From a virus: a stretch of DNA of 64,000 bases. Below the pieces are notes generated by a model, which worked only from the letters and a program-made list of their open reading frames with translations, made no database searches and was not told where the DNA came from. Made by a program: the position numbers and the translations under genes. The stretch is taken from the IMG/VR virus record IMGVR_UViG_3300028829_003739, positions 4,253-68,252 of that record. One strand, written 5' to 3'. This document shows positions 61,901 through 64,000 of this stretch, piece by piece (position 1 is the stretch's first letter; each line of letters opens with the position of its first letter).

Positions 61901-64000
61901 GCAAATCAGTTTACAGATGTAAATGAATACATACATTTTGTATTGCAAAGAGAAGTTTTAAGATCTCAAAATCCTATAAACGAAGATCTTTACATGTCAG
62001 AAAAGTTTCAATACATTCATAATCATGTTAAAAAAACATTTAATAAACAATCTACGGAAGATAACAAAGCGTATAACTTAAGAGTTATAAGTTATGCTTA
62101 TGAAACGTATCTAAGAGAAGAAGCGTTAAGAGGTATTTATAATCATATGAATTTATTTACTGCAAATACAAATGCATTTCATAATGCTTATGCAGATGAT
62201 TTTATGAGAATAAAACAAAACTTCCCTGAATTACAAGAACTTAGTATATTCCAAGAGTTGCAATTAGCACCAATGAAAGAAGGTGATAAGCGTTATAACT
62301 TAATATTTAGAGATGCTAAGTTAGATGGTGACATGATTAATGTGTTAAATGAAAACTTAAAAAATCTAACAGACCTAAATTATTTAAATGACACATTAGA
62401 AAATGTAAGTCAGAGAGATAAACAAGACATTGTTAAATATTTTGAGCAATTTCCTATAGTAGCTTTTTTACAATCAGGATTTGAATCATCAGGAGCTTAT
62501 TCAATTAATAGAATAGTTGATCAAGATAAGATACAAGCTGTATTAGAAGAGCCTGTTTCAAAATTAAAAACTTTATTTACTAATATTAAGAAAGAAGGTG
62601 AGCAAGGTTTAGAAGCTACAGAAATATTTGGTCGTTACTTTAGCCCATTTATATCTAAATTTACTAGAAATAGAAATTCTAAAAATTATGGTAATGCTGT
62701 AAGAGGTATAAACTATAACAGTAGTTTAAGTATTACTGATACTAACAGTTTAGAAGATGCAACTGAATTAACTTCTGAACAAGAGTATTTATTAGATCCA
62801 AAAGAAGTTAATGATCCTTTACTAAATGTAACTATAGACATTCCTAATTATGATATAGATAGATCACTTACTATGCGTGATGGTACTAAAGTTTTAGCGG
62901 TAACAAGAGGTGGTGTAAAAATTATACTTAATCCTGTAGAATCTGTAGAAGAATTCTTTAGTTATTTTAAAGGTAATATTCCTAGTCCTACATCAGCACA
63001 AAAAGGTGTTGTTTTATCTGAATTAGAAAAAGCAGGATATCCTTTAGATAGACTTGAAAGAATAATTGATACAGTAGAAAAAGCAAATCTATTCCTTGTC
63101 TTACATGAAAACAGTCACGTAAAATACAAGGACGCTGTAAACTATTACAAGAATGGACAAGACCTACTAACGCCTGATAAAATAGCTATAGAAGTAAGAG
63201 CATCAATTGACGCATTACAGGCTATAGAATCATTGCCTCAACCTAAAATAGATTCTGTAATACCAGAGTCAAGTCAATTAGATATAGCTCAGCTATTAAC
63301 AAACGGTCTTGTTAATACAGCCGGTTTAGAAAAAATTGATGTTGAGGATGCAGAAGTATTTACAAAACAAATCTTTGATCAAAAAGAATCCCAAGAAGTC
63401 TTTGACATGATTGAACAGATGTATGAAGATACTTATGATACAGAACATAAAGCAGGAGATGGTAAATTTGGTGCAAGAAGAAGAAGCATGTATTTTTCTG
63501 ACAGACCTTACACTTATTCTGGTACAACAAAACCTGTAAATGCTGGATCTCCTGAACTACAAACTTTAGTAGCAAAAATAACTAAAGACTTAGGCTTCAG
63601 TGAAGGTTACTTTGATATGGTCCTTATCAATGAGTATAAAGACGGTACACAAAAAATAGGATTCCATACAGATAATGAACCTATACTTAATAATAAAGGT
63701 AAGTTAAATCCTTCTGTAGTAACTATAAGCTTCGGAGATGAAAGAACAATGGTATTAAAAGGAGCAGGTAAAACTCACAAAATACCTATGGCATCAGGAT
63801 TAGGTTTAATAATGGGTAAAGACGGTCAAATCAATTACAAGCATGGTATTCAAGCTGAGCAAAGTAAAGGAAAGAGATTTAGTATTACACTTAGACATAA
63901 TGCTGATAAAAGTAGAGGAGTTGATAAAGTTATCCAACCATCCCCAACACAAACTAGTGAGGTTAATTTAGGTTTTAAACTTTCAATAGATAAAACAGGT
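52946..64000 (+). CDS. Giant virion-packaged RNA polymerase polyprotein (partial, at least 3685 codons): P-loop, zincin, two-barrel RNAP, zincin, AlkB
   Basis: ATG 52946 overlaps the previous stop (TAATG). All motifs are in the same frame: GSGKS (~53400), HEAWH (55562), EGDAQG (58592), RIPVQG...SGADFDVDK (D at 59981), HENSH (63104) and AlkB HTD/H/RxxxxxR (63665-63900). Its absence from the ORF track is consistent with no stop before the window end. Confidence 0.88.
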   Translation, partial: MASCSVNPKVLRALRVKVFSEIDSKVAAKESFDINSYMKDMYDFIFNASNDKALALDAVRMVPLFVVQLASLDRTVRKLDGVDLTKLADMTDDLLDNELSATEKILGLAQGEEVKKKLKHLNQDNSVEPAKVKSKKEVNPDFKGKIVYITMGSGKSEFAENYEGVIDADRIKVRVIGRTEWGINNPKKDQETDAEYIGRYSYDPSVLSTAEVNKQTLDLLKEYANRGFTVLTGTKKLIPEADIVIITSQGVANRIEDPVQQAAFKQDEARYTSSKKNVIYSDKFAEDILFKSLPVEEVAEEVVDDITTPAAPKQTIAGIRPVQSISLKEANEESISAIPGTFRSTNPIESPGNDFSFKVQRKLLTLLEEQGVSDMSEVESEMEKGFYISIKRSKDVSSDINSDTTPFVYVITDKNGAITEFNDDLTPVIIGGKPAYFNIQKYDGKNSKGQLSKRDSTFVSKLLKNLMSLTGMSATAAKEVRGPEAAEMQKVLDYIKANPNANIVYNITGGSKGIIVASTEKKQRTSPSQFKNVTGEKFAIGQILKPSQILDQKDPVKNVVYYTNDQLGGVYIELKREPYREINNGVSIRSTIDLIVEDIYDEKGKLLNGYDKIAELQKTLNVNNVNGIKITVDRDTKEFTLSLNDWSDQNFGVTTVFDLSNDDGKMQARIALQNYLEANVYKKNYPVSEANFNNKAYEENKNLYRVELNEETGRRVLLDSGVSYIDYLKNNMSLTAVPNTESGNIVTSNSFFTLQLSDDSITEVFEEKKKEQEKEEAVVEIKKEIDTTTQEPSNDVSDDELFRTLDVRNRSKQATQKQIEDAEAWYNQSELSKYIPFKGMFDLVNSKNPDAVASWATSGITLFKGSDFSDLYHEAWHGFTQTFMTKDQKKSLYSEVRKKSGNFMDHNGNRVRFTKATDLQIEEYLAESFRNYMLSDQKALKGSPKQNSFFRKIYNILKSLFSDSSYKDVVTDESVDYKVNELFNKLRVGDIKEYSFSLQNASFNSLNKGPKAIETRTDGITELNFQDALDGVNMIDYFISEFITFENAALNPEQREEYIKHAKVSKEDINNMTKAEKLAYKNMSDSFMPTKYSGLSKVLKDPTAAYKHAKSRLEDVLVELNDQKKAATDPGQIASLQNKMQTIEWMISEFGNTDNIKRNLTESNEDVKGMIGYHMKHTKFYQEQLEEIDFENVNEDDITANSQRSGIDRKGNESSHVDDAKPEVLYLFQSIVDRSKLNKYGIPVKASWRENFVKVIRATENAQTLQEWAPKFLELAKKDPQIRQIIEKIGSPLSTNANTPETNMWTNIWQTFNKSRVGFIQATTTTSINEEGDLVVNTNVGQALTDEGKLSRNWDTLFQSGNSIDQTYVLYDDQGAYVNMPKVLKAFPNLNSAKENSFEFFRALGMSLSDIPEIKTALKKGDYRVDKYYEYITDAKNQKYKVRKPSDITFDLSKIYKKLLNLEGEYSNLFTNFARLNAENNVQYEHSLNNFLTTVTNAINNVNSYDELIALPYMERYNVDTNPFIKNSVWFNSIFDMNNGGIKRQDVSLELYNIAGSKVIEEGVASAKADESTKFNLDVNLILSGYPELPRHSDKSTSYGIRINGKLYGGQTAADTYVSINDIAQGDTQMYSKLNERILPILEAELSRIRTLNSYSDDIMYDHSYVKDGQEIQIFDDILSESTVKKLKALAISKEGYKTALDTNQDNIVDTIQEEVQEYFEWLINKDGKTPMNEIGILSDNLRKTILSKLIANKQPTDRQSILDVASKGYVINGWLNNVESTMFLYGDPAQYDHAKQGFHKRNAGTGSTGTIYRTDDIIAGVIDKLNGIRSYAKTIGAEPNKFTGSMNTAVVEDNEIASIYYKELVKSLGSEEKAADYLKQNEGDAQGLITIDAYRELKVSQGTWTNDHQLMYSKVIEGKSIAAEDVESFFPVIKGQYWGQIATDGKLPLNAFHKYSLYPLIPTVIKGTNAQIVHDRMVREGISYLTFESGSKVGNITTKSGFDKLYNDKQNKSLVEEIKSKDVSTPYFTKNTIRLEYLKDQLYIADTDKNKVIFSTQLRKLVEDGLFVNGVPKSFEEGMINTNPEERVRKWRATKDKTKYLEYKLAKEYEELIDKLSNLNKAKLFKQIGYSGTGELTLASRKALVKLAKNELERKDVGFHRIEALNNSNSDLSTTLDAETIDKVINSLIEKRLVKQKVTGESLVQVATTLMEKSDSATDINFKTPTAEDFEKYDAKNLPFYIPTPEGTKAMKVKVALRRDFQNLLEFKDLDGNKIRNIDRLNELIKNDKWLNKDNNRAAITMIGVRIPVQGMNSMEVMEVYEFLPEEAGNVIIPPTEIVTKSGADFDVDKMTIMMPSIGLDVQRAKLSDSFIKQLDNVYPDLDFSRMNLDIIFDTVKNDGEVSALSVEDKEILDIIESYTTVDGFYNTGNTIPGVQNDLISKMQEIISLPQNYESLVTPNSTNIFTEAQDGLDKSLVEEAAMYNLTGYDVNDSFRDKKRKRPSSGRSMMSPTKIFEPGYNMAKHQYNKVGKEVLGLGAVDNTYNVLLNRIGLVMTPQNMSDALMADIASEISALESKKRKSAVDYLELRDLRKEQAQFRKHRLLLSHNKVGEGISLSSEFSKGTDTKISDVINQLINGWVDVAADAWIFDIQGNKELSPALLFMVQAGVPVREAVLFISNPLIQKYAIKARQYSSPQTLTNQSEMQNFNKTRFRSLAAKSIMGEIGFDIDVDSPAYEVTAVREDKMKTRSKNFTIESMKSDLERYKNSKDKSSYKYSDNEIAGFLHFLQIQEMSNHVRDIKMSTNVDTSKDGTSVEARARLAKLNNLAENVFEQDVVNQFQRETPIGAFFNSELQINLLEGLLPFRNDRAIYSSIQGVIDSDEMKAVNADRNKRIRILLNDFNNYVFQNELRYFDADNIKSYRGYKISKSVPKDVKETPGFEYGLLIKDGTIYLNIPALKKQYATAEYNSNKYNSKYGLAKIQNANQFTDVNEYIHFVLQREVLRSQNPINEDLYMSEKFQYIHNHVKKTFNKQSTEDNKAYNLRVISYAYETYLREEALRGIYNHMNLFTANTNAFHNAYADDFMRIKQNFPELQELSIFQELQLAPMKEGDKRYNLIFRDAKLDGDMINVLNENLKNLTDLNYLNDTLENVSQRDKQDIVKYFEQFPIVAFLQSGFESSGAYSINRIVDQDKIQAVLEEPVSKLKTLFTNIKKEGEQGLEATEIFGRYFSPFISKFTRNRNSKNYGNAVRGINYNSSLSITDTNSLEDATELTSEQEYLLDPKEVNDPLLNVTIDIPNYDIDRSLTMRDGTKVLAVTRGGVKIILNPVESVEEFFSYFKGNIPSPTSAQKGVVLSELEKAGYPLDRLERIIDTVEKANLFLVLHENSHVKYKDAVNYYKNGQDLLTPDKIAIEVRASIDALQAIESLPQPKIDSVIPESSQLDIAQLLTNGLVNTAGLEKIDVEDAEVFTKQIFDQKESQEVFDMIEQMYEDTYDTEHKAGDGKFGARRRSMYFSDRPYTYSGTTKPVNAGSPELQTLVAKITKDLGFSEGYFDMVLINEYKDGTQKIGFHTDNEPILNNKGKLNPSVVTISFGDERTMVLKGAGKTHKIPMASGLGLIMGKDGQINYKHGIQAEQSKGKRFSITLRHNADKSRGVDKVIQPSPTQTSEVNLGFKLSIDKTG

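Noticed and set aside
53297-63575. Numerous short minus-strand ORFs in the track
   Set aside because: They are antisense shadows of the giant plus-strand RNAP ORF, with Phe/Ser/Leu/Ile-biased composition.
1-64000. tRNA, rRNA, DGR or integrase elements
   Set aside because: Intergenic gaps are short and AT-rich with no cloverleaf seen by eye, and no reverse transcriptase, template repeat or recombinase motifs were noticed.

Overview
This window is an AT-rich fragment of a crAss-like phage (order Crassvirales, probable Bacteroidota/Flavobacteria host) read in the standard genetic code. One minus-strand metallophosphoesterase gene sits at the left. The rest is a plus-strand late/virion module: fibre-like genes, lysis genes, a nuclease, terminase, portal, scaffold, major capsid, auxiliary capsid and ring proteins, Cys-rich fibres, small basic proteins, the tail muzzle and capsid cargo proteins. 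It ends in a giant ORF (52946 to beyond 64000) that the ORF track misses. That ORF encodes a virion two-barrel RNA polymerase (DFDVD motif) fused to a P-loop domain, two zincin motifs and an AlkB dioxygenase. The most notable extras are: (1) an intergenic hairpin whose loop is complementary to an AAAACCAACAA leader motif found before several start codons (candidate phage sRNA); (2) a repeated promoter motif and a palindromic operator; (3) three apparent frame breaks in virion genes; (4) recurring [FYLM]xxGG and ELTxxEI peptide motifs in cargo proteins. All family assignments come from motif recognition and gene order only, with no database searches.
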